NCBI GenBank assembly: GCA_947452365.1
Contig: CANGCO010000007.1
Location: 363-64,362, forward strand
Direction: 5' to 3'
DNA: 64,000 nt
From: Caulobacteraceae bacterium
Lineage (GTDB): Bacteria > Pseudomonadota > Alphaproteobacteria > Caulobacterales > Caulobacteraceae
A model generated the notes under the pieces. It ran no database searches. It had not been told where the DNA came from and was given only the letters and a program-made list of their open reading frames with translations. A program made the translations under genes and the position numbers. Positions 1-9,023 of this stretch are shown here, in pieces; the first letter of the stretch is position 1; each line of letters begins with the position of its first letter.

Positions 1-2
1 CC

Positions 3-494
3 GATCTGCAGGATGCGATGCGTAGCGTTGCGCGCGAAGGCTTCTGTCCAGCGGGGCGCGAGCATCTGGCCTATGCCGAAACCCAAATCGAATACGCACC
101 CGGCCATTATCTAATGGCGCCCCGCGACATTGCCAAGATTTTGCAATTGCTCAAGGCGCGCTCGGGCGAAAGCGCCTTGGCTATTGCTGCGCCTTATGCG
201 GCGGCTGTGCTTCGGCAAATGGGTCTGGCGGTTGTCGAACAGGCGGCCGATGCCCCGGTTTCGGCGGGCGCCTATGATCTGATCGTGTCTGAGGGAGCGG
301 TCACGGCCGTGCCGACGGCCTGGCTTGCGGGTCTAAACGCGCACGGCCGTCTTGGCCTGGTCGAGCGCAAGGGGCCGGTGGGCAAGGCCAAGATTCATGT
401 GCGCTCGGATGACGGGTTTGCCGCTAGGGATGGCTTTGACGCGGCACCGCACTATTTGCCCGGTTTCGCGCCACGGCCTGCCTTTAGCTTCTAG
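3..494 (+). CDS. protein-L-isoaspartate O-methyltransferase-like protein (5' end cut by window edge)
   Basis: The frame is open from the window edge through the listed ORF 18..494. The sequence (APGHYLMAPRDIAKILQ..., DLIVSEGAV) resembles the Pcm-like gene that commonly precedes tolC in alphaproteobacteria. The family call is from memory, not a search. Confidence 0.5.
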   Translation, partial: DLQDAMRSVAREGFCPAGREHLAYAETQIEYAPGHYLMAPRDIAKILQLLKARSGESALAIAAPYAAAVLRQMGLAVVEQAADAPVSAGAYDLIVSEGAVTAVPTAWLAGLNAHGRLGLVERKGPVGKAKIHVRSDDGFAARDGFDAAPHYLPGFAPRPAFSF

Positions 495-632
495 GTCGGT
501 TTGACAGAATTTTGGCGTTTGGTGGCGATGTGAACAAAGCTTAATTCGCATCTTTTACGAACAGACGCTATTTGAGGTTTAGACGGGCGCGATCACGGGG
601 ATCGGGCCTTCACACGGTTAGGGAAGAGACAG

Positions 633-2096
633 ATGCGCAACGGTTATCGTCAAACGGTTCTGGCGGCTGCCAGCGCGGCGGTCTTGATGCTTGGCATGGC
701 GGGCGCCGCTTGTGCAGAGACCCTGCCCGAGGCGATTGCCCTGGCCTATCAGTCCAATCCGACCCTGTTGTCGCAACGCGCCCAGCTTCGCGCCCAGGAA
801 GAAACCTATGAACAGGCGCGCGGCGGGTCTCGCCCCAGCCTTAGCCTCGGCGGCACCAGCCGCTATAATGACCCTCAGGGCAGTGCGATCGGTACCTATA
901 CGACCAATTCGGCAAGCCTTACGGCTTCGCAAGCAGTCTATACTGGCGGGCGCACCGCCGGTGCCCTGCGCGCTGCCGAGGCCCAGGTGCTGGCCGCGCG
1001 TCAGGGTCTGCGCCGCGTCGAGGCGAGTGTGATGCAGTCCGTAATCCAAGCTTATATTGATGTGCGTCGCGATAGCGAAAGCCTCAAGATCCGCCAGGAA
1101 AACGTCGCCGTGCTCAAGCGCCAGCTCGACGAGGCCAAGGCCCGGTTTGATGTGGGCGAAATTACCAAGACCGATGTCAACCAGGCGGCTGCTCGCTATG
1201 CCGGTGCCAAGGCGCTTTTGGCCGCAGCAGAAGCCCAGCTCGCCGCTAGCCGCGCCGCCTATACCGCCAATATTGGCCAGGCCCCTGGCGATCTGGCCCC
1301 TGAGCCGGAACTGACCCAGGTGCCCGCCAGTGTGGATCTGGCCTTCACCACCGCCGAGCGCAATAGCCCGGTCTTGTTGCAAGCCGATTATACAGAGCAG
1401 GGCTCCAATGCCCGGGTCGCGGCTGCGCGGGCTGAGCGGATGCCGAACCTATCCCTGCAGGCCCAGCTCGCCTTTACCGACCAAAGCCGGGTGCTGAGCC
1501 AGGCCTCGGGCTCTGGTCATTATGACCGCGATGTCACCGCCGCGGCTGTGTTTACCCAGCCCTTGCTCGCAGGCGGGGTGATTAATTCTCGTGTGCGCCA
1601 AGCGATTGAGCTGAATACCAGTGACCGGCTACAGTTGGATTATGCTCGGCGGTCGGTTGTGCAAGCCGTGTCCCAGGCCTGGGCCCAGCTTTTGGCGACC
1701 AAAAGCAGCATTATAGCCAATGAAGAACAGGTCCGCGCGACCGAGATCGCCTTTGAGGGCACAAAGCAGGAAAATCAGGTTGGTCTAAGGACGACCCTGG
1801 ACGTGCTTAATGCCGAGCAGGAACTGCGCAATGCCGAACTGGCCCTGGTCAATGCCCGTCGCGATTCGTATCTGGCGGCTGCGCAATTGCTCAATGCCAT
1901 GGGCGCGCTTGAAATCCGTAATCTGAATACCGCGGTCACGCCCTATGACGACAAATCCAAATTTAATCGCCGCAAGAATGGGCTGTCCCTGACCCCTTGG
2001 GACCGAATCGTTGAGACGGTCGATGGCGTAGGCGGTGCAAAAATCCAGCAAAGAGAGATGCTGCCCGACGCCCCAATCGCTGCAAACCGCCCCTAA
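633..2096 (+). CDS. tolC: TolC-family outer membrane efflux protein
   Basis: 487 aa with an N-terminal signal peptide (..LMLGMAGAACA/ETL). It has the typical TolC start (LPEAIALAYQSNPTLL) and two internally repeated halves (..AEA QL..AR..L). It lies in pcm-tolC-popZ-valS synteny. Confidence 0.85.
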   Translation: MRNGYRQTVLAAASAAVLMLGMAGAACAETLPEAIALAYQSNPTLLSQRAQLRAQEETYEQARGGSRPSLSLGGTSRYNDPQGSAIGTYTTNSASLTASQAVYTGGRTAGALRAAEAQVLAARQGLRRVEASVMQSVIQAYIDVRRDSESLKIRQENVAVLKRQLDEAKARFDVGEITKTDVNQAAARYAGAKALLAAAEAQLAASRAAYTANIGQAPGDLAPEPELTQVPASVDLAFTTAERNSPVLLQADYTEQGSNARVAAARAERMPNLSLQAQLAFTDQSRVLSQASGSGHYDRDVTAAAVFTQPLLAGGVINSRVRQAIELNTSDRLQLDYARRSVVQAVSQAWAQLLATKSSIIANEEQVRATEIAFEGTKQENQVGLRTTLDVLNAEQELRNAELALVNARRDSYLAAAQLLNAMGALEIRNLNTAVTPYDDKSKFNRRKNGLSLTPWDRIVETVDGVGGAKIQQREMLPDAPIAANRP

Positions 2097-2224
2097 CCGA
2101 TATTTTTTCGTCATTTTCTGTCGATAATCCGGTGCAACTGCATCTTGGAATTTGCACCAGAGGCTCGAGACGCCTAGCCTAGGTAGAATGAAATTCGATC
2201 TTTTCTGAGACGGTGACCATAGGC

Positions 2225-2752
2225 ATGTCCGAAGCGAACGCCCAAGAACCGAGCATGGAGGAAATCCTCGCCTCCATCCGCCGCATCATTTCCGATGATG
2301 CCGATGAGATTGCGCCGCCTGCAGCACGCGATCCAGTGGGGTTTGCGCCCGAGGATGACGATGATGTGCTGGAATTGACCATTCCAGCAGTGGACAAGGA
2401 AGATCAATCTATTCAGGCCTTTGCGCCCGAGCCAGAAACCGTCGATCTGGAAGCCTTCGATTTTGATATTGACGAAGATCTGGATAGCGAGCCGGAGCCG
2501 GTTGCGCCGCCCATCTTGGCGCCTGTACCAGAACCGAGCCTCGTGGATACGGTCGCTCAGGCTGCAGCCGCCTCGGCTTTTGACCGTCTAGCCCAAACGG
2601 TCGCCATGCCAATGGATGGCCGAACGCTTGAGGATGTGGTGCGCGAACTGTTGAGGCCCTTGCTCAAGACCTGGCTCGACGAAAATCTGCTGCCAATCGT
2701 CCAGGCCAAGGTCGATGAAGAAGTCGAACGGATTGCGCGCCGCCGGTTCTAG
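2225..2752 (+). CDS. popZ: PopZ-like polar organizing protein (DUF2497)
   Basis: N-terminus MSEANAQEPSMEEILASIRRIISDD, an acidic Pro-rich linker, and C-terminus DGRTLEDVVRELLRPLLKTWLDENL.IV..KV.EEV.RI closely parallel Caulobacter PopZ as I remember it. The ORF track starts at 2213, but the ATG at 2225 gives the canonical N-terminus. Confidence 0.8.
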   Translation: MSEANAQEPSMEEILASIRRIISDDADEIAPPAARDPVGFAPEDDDDVLELTIPAVDKEDQSIQAFAPEPETVDLEAFDFDIDEDLDSEPEPVAPPILAPVPEPSLVDTVAQAAAASAFDRLAQTVAMPMDGRTLEDVVRELLRPLLKTWLDENLLPIVQAKVDEEVERIARRRF

Positions 2753-2846
2753 CTGCAATTTTGTCACCCATTATCGATCACCGCTTCGCATTGTGGCGGG
2801 CGTGCTGCTATAGGCTTTTGCTTGCGCAGATCAGGCGCTGACGTGA

Positions 2847-5525
2847 TTGGCCATGCTCGAAAAAACCTACGACCCAAAATCCGCTGAACCGAGACTTTAT
2901 GCCAAATGGGAGAGCTCCGGCGCGTTTGCGCCCACGGAGGATCCCGCGGCTGAGCCCTTTTGCTTGGTGATTCCACCGCCAAATGTCACCGGCTCGCTGC
3001 ATATTGGCCATGCCCTGAACAATACCTTGCAAGACGTGCTGACCCGGTTCGAGCGCATGCGCGGCAAGGCGGCCCTGTGGCTGCCGGGCACGGACCATGC
3101 CGGCATTGCCACCCAGATGGTGGTTGAGCGGCAATTGGCGGCCGAGGGCAATGTTTCGCGGCGCGATATGGGCCGTGACGCCTTTATCGCCAAGGTCTGG
3201 GAATGGAAGGCTAGTTCGGCCGGGACCATCCAAAATCAGCTGCGCCGACTGGGCGCCTCGTGTGATTGGAGCCGAGAGCGCTTTACCCTGGATGAGGGCC
3301 TGTCCCAGGCGGTACGCAAGGTGTTTGTCGCCCTACACAAACAGGGTCTGATCTATCGCGACAAGCGCCTGGTCAATTGGGATCCCCAGTTCCAGACGGC
3401 GATTTCCGACCTAGAAGTCGAGACCCGCGAAGTTCAGGGCAAGATGTGGCACTTTGCCTATCCCCTAGAGGGCGAGGCGATCGATGGCGTGAGCGAGATC
3501 GTGATTGCCACCACCCGGCCCGAAACCATGCTGGGCGATGGCGCTGTGGCTGTGCATCCGGATGATCCACGCTATCAAAAATTCATTGGTCGGTTTGTGC
3601 GCTTGCCGATCGCTGATCGTCTGATTCCGATTATTGCCGATGAATATCCTGATCCAGAAAAAGGCTCGGGCGCGGTCAAGATTACGGGTGCCCATGATTT
3701 CAACGACTTCCAGGTCGCGGCCCGCCACGGCCTGTCCTTGATCTCGATCATGGATGAACAGGCCAAGATGGCCGGGCCGATCCCAGAGCGCTATCTGGGC
3801 CTTGATCGCTATGTCGCCCGCAAGAGGGTGATTGCCGAAATTGAGGAGATGGGCCTGCTGCGCCTGATCGAAGACAAGCTGATTGCCCAGCCGTTTGGCG
3901 ACCGCTCCGGCGTGGTGATTGAGCCCTTCTTGACCGACCAATGGTATGTTGATGCCCATACCCTCGCCCAGCCCGCCATCAAGGCGGTTGAAAATGGCGA
4001 TATGGTGTTTGAGCCGCGCAATTGGGAAAAGACCTATTTCGAATGGCTACGGAATATCCAGCCTTGGTGCGTGTCGCGCCAGCTCTGGTGGGGCCATCGT
4101 ATCCCGGCTTGGCACGGTCCGGATGGGACCATTTTCGTCGAGGAGTCTGAAGCCGAGGCCAAGGCTGCAGCCCTAGCCCATTACGGTCATGAGACCGTGC
4201 TTAAACAGGACGAGGACGTCTTAGACACCTGGTTCTCGTCGGCATTGTGGCCGTTTTCGACCCTAGGCTGGCCGCAAGACACGTCTGATCTTGCGCGGTT
4301 TTATCCGACCCACACGCTGGTTACCGGCTTTGATATTATCTTCTTCTGGGTCGCCCGGATGATGATGATGGGGCTGCATTTCAAGGGTGAGGTGCCGTTT
4401 AAGCGGGTATTTATCAATGCCTTGGTCCGCGATGATAAGGGCCAGAAGATGAGCAAGTCCAAGGGCAATGTCCTAGACCCGCTCGACCTGATTGACGAGT
4501 TTGGCTGTGATGCCCTGCGCTTTACCTTCACGGCCATGTCTGGCCAGGCGCGTGACATCAAATTATCGCGGCAACGCATTGAAGGTTATCGTAATTTCGG
4601 CACCAAATTATGGAATGCTGCACGCTTTAGCCAGATGAATGAATGTCTGCGTGAGGACGGATTTGATCCGGGCGCAGCTAAACAGATCATTAATCGCTGG
4701 ATCCGTGGCGAGACGGTCAAGACGGTCTTGGCCGTGACCAAGGCGCTGGAGGCCTGCGCCTTTGATGTGGCCGCCCAGGCGCTTTACCGATTTGTCTGGA
4801 ACGTGTTCTGCGACTGGTATCTGGAGCTGGCCAAGCCGATCTTGAACGGCGATGACGGCGAGGCCAAGGCCGAGACCCGGGCCATGACCGCCTGGGCGCT
4901 GGATGTCTGCCTTAAATTGCTTCACCCCGTCATGCCCTTTGTCACAGAAGAGCTTTGGGGCAAGCTGGCCGAGTTTGGCGCGGCCCGTGACGGCATGTTG
5001 ATTACCGCCCAATGGCCGGTATTTCCTGAGGCCTGGCTCGATGCCGAGGCCGAGGCCGAGATTGATTGGGTGATCGCCCTGGTCAGCGAGGTACGCTCGA
5101 TCCGTTCGGAAATGAATGTGCCGCCCTCGGCACGTGCGCCCCTGACCCTGGTCGGGGCCGGCGATGTGGCCAAGGCCAGACTGGTGCGTAATCGCGACCT
5201 GATCGTCTCGCTCGGGCGTCTGGAATCGGTCAAGGAGGCTGATGTGGCACCGGCAGGGGCTGTGCCGTTTGTGATCGAGGAAGTGACGGCCGCGCTTTCC
5301 ATTGCCGGGTTTATTGATCTGGCCGCGGAAAAAGCCCGCCTGGCCAAGGAAATCGCCAATTTTGCAGGCGACATTGAGCGCACCGCGAAAAAGCTCGACA
5401 ATCCCGATTTCGTCGCCCGCGCGCGTGAGGATGTGGTCGAGGACAATCGGGAGCGCTTGGCCGAGTCCAAGATTGCCAAGGCAAAACTCGAAAGCGCCAT
5501 GGATCGTCTGATCGCCTTGGGCTAG
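2847..5525 (+). CDS. valS: valine--tRNA ligase
   Basis: 892 aa with the class I HIGH motif (GSLHIGHALN), KMSKS (QKMSKSKGN) and a C-terminal coiled coil. Confidence 0.97.
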   Translation: MAMLEKTYDPKSAEPRLYAKWESSGAFAPTEDPAAEPFCLVIPPPNVTGSLHIGHALNNTLQDVLTRFERMRGKAALWLPGTDHAGIATQMVVERQLAAEGNVSRRDMGRDAFIAKVWEWKASSAGTIQNQLRRLGASCDWSRERFTLDEGLSQAVRKVFVALHKQGLIYRDKRLVNWDPQFQTAISDLEVETREVQGKMWHFAYPLEGEAIDGVSEIVIATTRPETMLGDGAVAVHPDDPRYQKFIGRFVRLPIADRLIPIIADEYPDPEKGSGAVKITGAHDFNDFQVAARHGLSLISIMDEQAKMAGPIPERYLGLDRYVARKRVIAEIEEMGLLRLIEDKLIAQPFGDRSGVVIEPFLTDQWYVDAHTLAQPAIKAVENGDMVFEPRNWEKTYFEWLRNIQPWCVSRQLWWGHRIPAWHGPDGTIFVEESEAEAKAAALAHYGHETVLKQDEDVLDTWFSSALWPFSTLGWPQDTSDLARFYPTHTLVTGFDIIFFWVARMMMMGLHFKGEVPFKRVFINALVRDDKGQKMSKSKGNVLDPLDLIDEFGCDALRFTFTAMSGQARDIKLSRQRIEGYRNFGTKLWNAARFSQMNECLREDGFDPGAAKQIINRWIRGETVKTVLAVTKALEACAFDVAAQALYRFVWNVFCDWYLELAKPILNGDDGEAKAETRAMTAWALDVCLKLLHPVMPFVTEELWGKLAEFGAARDGMLITAQWPVFPEAWLDAEAEAEIDWVIALVSEVRSIRSEMNVPPSARAPLTLVGAGDVAKARLVRNRDLIVSLGRLESVKEADVAPAGAVPFVIEEVTAALSIAGFIDLAAEKARLAKEIANFAGDIERTAKKLDNPDFVARAREDVVEDNRERLAESKIAKAKLESAMDRLIALG

Positions 5526-5645
5526 CGGGCAAGCATTCGGACGAGAGGCCTTGGGCGGGCGAACACGCGCCAATGTCTTAAAACGATCATCTATTCGTGC
5601 GTTAGATGCGACTTGCGCGCTTGGCGTCTATGCGACTGATTCGAT

Positions 5646-7109
5646 ATGATGAACATTCTCCTCATTACGCTCGACCAGTTTCGCGCAGACTGCCTTGGAT
5701 GCGCGGGGCATCCGATTGTCCAGACCCCCAATCTGGATCGGCTAGCGGCCGACGGCCTTAGGCTGGCGCGGCACTATAGCCAATGCGCGCCTTGCAGCCC
5801 TGGCCGGGCGAGCCTCTATACCGGCCTGTATCAGAGCAATCATCGCGTGGTTGGCAATGGCACACCCTTGGATGCGCGCTTTGACAATATTGCCAAGGCC
5901 GGTCGCCGCGCGGGTTATGTGCCGACCCTATTTGGCTATACGGATCAGAGTATTGATCCTCGGCAGGCTGACGGTCCGGACGATCCAAGGCTTGAGGATT
6001 ATGAACAGGTCCTGCCCGGTTTTGACGTCGGTTATCGCCTTGGTCCGGCGCGCCCTGATGACTGGGTCCAATGGCTCAAGGCCAAGGGCTATACACTCCC
6101 AACCGATGCCATGGCCGCGATTGCAACCGAAGCCGATCGACACGAGGATTTGAGCCTATCGGCATTCTTGACGAACAAGTTTGTCGATTGGCTTGGCGTT
6201 CAGGACCGGCCCTGGTTTGCGCATCTTAGCCAGTTTCGTCCACATGAGCCATTTGCGGCAGCAGGCCGATTTGGCACCCTGTATGATCCAGACGACATGG
6301 CTGATCCAATTATTCCGGCCGCAGAACGCCACCCCTTGCATGATGGCCTAATGCGCCACCCCCTGCTCAAGGCCCCGTCCGATCCAAACGAGATGAGGCG
6401 GCTTCGTGCGCAGTATCTGGGCATGGTTAGCGAGGCAGACCATCAATTGGGGCGCGTCTGGGATGCGCTAGAAGCCCTTGGGCAATGGGACAATACGCTG
6501 ATTATTGTGACCTCTGACCATGGCGAGCAGTTTGGCGATCACGGCTTGATGCAAAAGCTGGGGTATTTTGAAGGCAGCTTCCATATTCTCGGTCTTGTGC
6601 GCGATCCGCGTGCGGGCAAGGCGCGTGGCGGCGTTGTGGATCGGTTCACAGAGAATATTGATTGGTTTCCCACGCTTTGCGAGGCGATGAATATCCCCGT
6701 GCCGACCCAGTGTGACGGGTTTCCTCTAACGCCGTTTTTGGAGGGCCGCACCCCCGACCAATGGCGTGACGCGGCGCATTGGGAATTTGACTGGCGCTCT
6801 TCCTATATTGCCCAAGGCCCGCATGATTGGCCCTGGGACCGGCGGCTCGAGCGGATGAATCTGGCCGTTCGGCGCAGCGAAAAGGCGGCCTATGTCCATT
6901 TTGGCGATTGCAGTAATATTGCCTTTGACCTTGCCGCTGACCCCAGCTGGCGAACGCAATTAACGGATCCGCGGGATATACTCAGAGAAGCGCAGGCCAT
7001 GCTGACCTGGCGGGCACAGCATACGGATCGCACCATGACCGGCATGCTGGTGGAAAATGGCGGCATTGGCCGATGGCCGCCCATGCCAAAAGATTGGGGC
7101 AACCAATGA
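5646..7109 (+). CDS. alkaline-phosphatase-superfamily hydrolase (sulfatase / phosphonate monoester hydrolase-like)
   Basis: 487 aa with no signal peptide. It carries the formylglycine-type C-x-P-x-R motif (CSPGR) after LLITLDQFRAD and the motif IIVTSDHGEQFGDHGL. From memory it resembles cytoplasmic PMH-type enzymes. Confidence 0.75.
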   Translation: MMNILLITLDQFRADCLGCAGHPIVQTPNLDRLAADGLRLARHYSQCAPCSPGRASLYTGLYQSNHRVVGNGTPLDARFDNIAKAGRRAGYVPTLFGYTDQSIDPRQADGPDDPRLEDYEQVLPGFDVGYRLGPARPDDWVQWLKAKGYTLPTDAMAAIATEADRHEDLSLSAFLTNKFVDWLGVQDRPWFAHLSQFRPHEPFAAAGRFGTLYDPDDMADPIIPAAERHPLHDGLMRHPLLKAPSDPNEMRRLRAQYLGMVSEADHQLGRVWDALEALGQWDNTLIIVTSDHGEQFGDHGLMQKLGYFEGSFHILGLVRDPRAGKARGGVVDRFTENIDWFPTLCEAMNIPVPTQCDGFPLTPFLEGRTPDQWRDAAHWEFDWRSSYIAQGPHDWPWDRRLERMNLAVRRSEKAAYVHFGDCSNIAFDLAADPSWRTQLTDPRDILREAQAMLTWRAQHTDRTMTGMLVENGGIGRWPPMPKDWGNQ

Positions 7110-7687
7110 TCACAGACAACGCACCAAACAAGCTCGCGCCCTTGGCGGATTTCGCCCCGCGTTTTGGGACGGTCGATGAAATCATCGACGCCTTGATCGA
7201 GATGGGCAGTATTAGAATGGTCGAGCCGGGCATGGTCGAGCTGGATCATGCCTTGCAATGCGCGGCTGAGCTAAAATTGATCCGGCCGAATGATCTTGAA
7301 TTGCAGGTCGCGGGACTTGTGCATGATATCTGCCATGGCCGCTGCCATATTCGTGATCACGGCGAGGCGGGGTCCGAGGCGGTGCGCGACGTGTTTGGTA
7401 CGCGCGTCGCCGAGCTGGTTAGGCTGCATATTGACGCCAAGCGCTATCTCGTCGCGGTCGACCAGACCTATCGCTCCAAATTATCGGCCGTGAGTATTGA
7501 GACCCTAGCCCTTCAAGGGGGCGGCCTGTCGCCCGGTCAGATCGCGGCGTTCGAGGCAAGCCCATACGCCGAAGATGCCTGCCTGCTTCGCATTGCCGAT
7601 GAGGCCGCCAAGGTGGCTGGACGTGAGGTTCAAGGTCTTGAGACCTGGATTGAGACCTTGAAATCTTTGGCCCTTACCGCGCAATGA
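7106..7687 (+). CDS. HD-domain protein, PhnZ-like (phosphonate-degradation-associated HD oxygenase family)
   Basis: The ATG at 7106 overlaps the upstream stop (ATGA). Motifs HALQCA, LVHDICHG, LHIDAKRYLV and RIADEAAK are spaced as in PhnZ-type HD proteins. The family assignment is from memory. Confidence 0.55.
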   Translation: MITDNAPNKLAPLADFAPRFGTVDEIIDALIEMGSIRMVEPGMVELDHALQCAAELKLIRPNDLELQVAGLVHDICHGRCHIRDHGEAGSEAVRDVFGTRVAELVRLHIDAKRYLVAVDQTYRSKLSAVSIETLALQGGGLSPGQIAAFEASPYAEDACLLRIADEAAKVAGREVQGLETWIETLKSLALTAQ

Positions 7688-8844
7688 CCCTTAAGGCTAT
7701 CGCCTTAGACGCCCCAGAGCTTAGGATTGAAGGCGCGCTAGAGGTCCAAAAATCGCCCGATAAGATCATAATCCGGCGTCTGCCAGACTGGACCCGGGCA
7801 CAATCGCCAGAACCGGCCTTTGACCTCATGGCCGCAATGACCGCAGGCGTTCGCCTCAGTTTTGCCACCGACGCTGAGCGCGTCGAACTCGATTTTTTGG
7901 CAACTGGCCTTCAATTTCAGGGCGAGGACCGCAGATCGATCGTCTTTGACGTCTATGTCAATGGTGCCCTGTTTGCGCGCGAATCGATTGGCTTGGGCCA
8001 TACGATTACTGTGGACGGTGGCTCTGTTCGATTTACGGTGGGCGAGGCCAATACGCTTCGGGTCTGTGATCTCAGTGCCGGTCGAAAGAACGTCTGCATC
8101 TATCTACCTCAATCGGCCATGACCGAGGTTTTGGGCCTAAGACTTCCCACGGCCGCAAGTCTTTTTGCCCAGAACGAGACGCGTTGCCATTGGGGCCATT
8201 ATGGCAGCTCAATCAGTCATGGCATGGATGCAGACGGACCATCTGAGACCTGGCCCGCCATTGTCGCCCGGCAACTGGGCTTGGACCTGACCAATCTCGG
8301 CCTCGCCGGCCAATGTCATCTGGATGGGTTTGTGGCAAGAGCCCTGCGCGATGGGCCTTTTGACGTCATCAGCCTGAAGCTTGGCGCCAATATTGTTGCC
8401 TCGGACTCCATGCGTCAAAGGACCTTTGCGAGCGCGGTTCACACTATGTTGGACACAATACGCGAGGGAAGGCCAAACCTACCGATCCTATTGATATCCC
8501 CAATCTATTGCCCGCTGATCGACGATAGGCCCGGTCCTGTAACGCGGCTAGAGGGCGGTGCGTATCTGCGTTTGCAAAGAGCGGCGGCAATTGAGGATGG
8601 CGCGCTGAGCCTGTCGGCTGTGCGCACCCAATTGAAAGCTATTTTTGATCGCCGTCGCGGTGCCGGTGACAAAAACCTGCATTATCTAGACGGGCTAGGG
8701 CTGTTTAGCGCAGCCGACTTGGCCATGATGCCGGATCAACTTCACCCGAATGCAGACGGCCACAGGATAATGGCTCAACGCTTTGGGCAATTGACGCCCG
8801 ATGTTTTCGGTGGGTTCGCAAACCCGGAGCCATTACCGAATTGA
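7684..8844 (+). CDS. SGNH/GDSL-like hydrolase with an N-terminal beta-rich domain
   Basis: The ATG at 7684 overlaps the upstream stop (ATGA). It has a GSSISHG block I-like motif, a LKLGANI block and a C-terminal D..HPN block, consistent with an SGNH esterase fold. Confidence 0.55.
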   Translation: MTLKAIALDAPELRIEGALEVQKSPDKIIIRRLPDWTRAQSPEPAFDLMAAMTAGVRLSFATDAERVELDFLATGLQFQGEDRRSIVFDVYVNGALFARESIGLGHTITVDGGSVRFTVGEANTLRVCDLSAGRKNVCIYLPQSAMTEVLGLRLPTAASLFAQNETRCHWGHYGSSISHGMDADGPSETWPAIVARQLGLDLTNLGLAGQCHLDGFVARALRDGPFDVISLKLGANIVASDSMRQRTFASAVHTMLDTIREGRPNLPILLISPIYCPLIDDRPGPVTRLEGGAYLRLQRAAAIEDGALSLSAVRTQLKAIFDRRRGAGDKNLHYLDGLGLFSAADLAMMPDQLHPNADGHRIMAQRFGQLTPDVFGGFANPEPLPN

Positions 8845-9023
8845 ATCCGTCCCCCTCGGAAGCGGGGCGCTGAAACCGCCTTGGCCTCCGACACGGTGTG
8901 CAGGCTTGCGCTCTATCCAAACATTTGCCGCCCGCACGGCAAACAGGTGTTTACATTCTAGACCGGCTTATGTTTGTTCAAGGGTCAGGCGCGCGGATCG
9001 ATAGACGCGCCGAACCCTTGAGG

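Noticed and set aside
618-1382. 254-aa minus-strand ORF antisense to tolC (with similar ORFs at 691..1032 and 1057..1314)
   Set aside because: It lies entirely inside a well-supported gene on the other strand. Its Arg/Gly/Ala-rich composition is typical of antisense frames in high-GC DNA, and it has no recognisable motifs.
4608-5573. 321-aa and 192-aa minus-strand ORFs antisense to valS
   Set aside because: These are high-GC antisense artefacts, since the valS frame is unambiguous (HIGH and KMSKS motifs).
8898-9023. N-terminal 42-aa extension of the acyl-CoA synthetase ORF
   Set aside because: The extension has no similarity to ligase N-termini and contains a hairpin (TTTGCCGcccgcaCGGCAAA). 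The internal ATG at 9024/9030 gives a canonical N-terminus.
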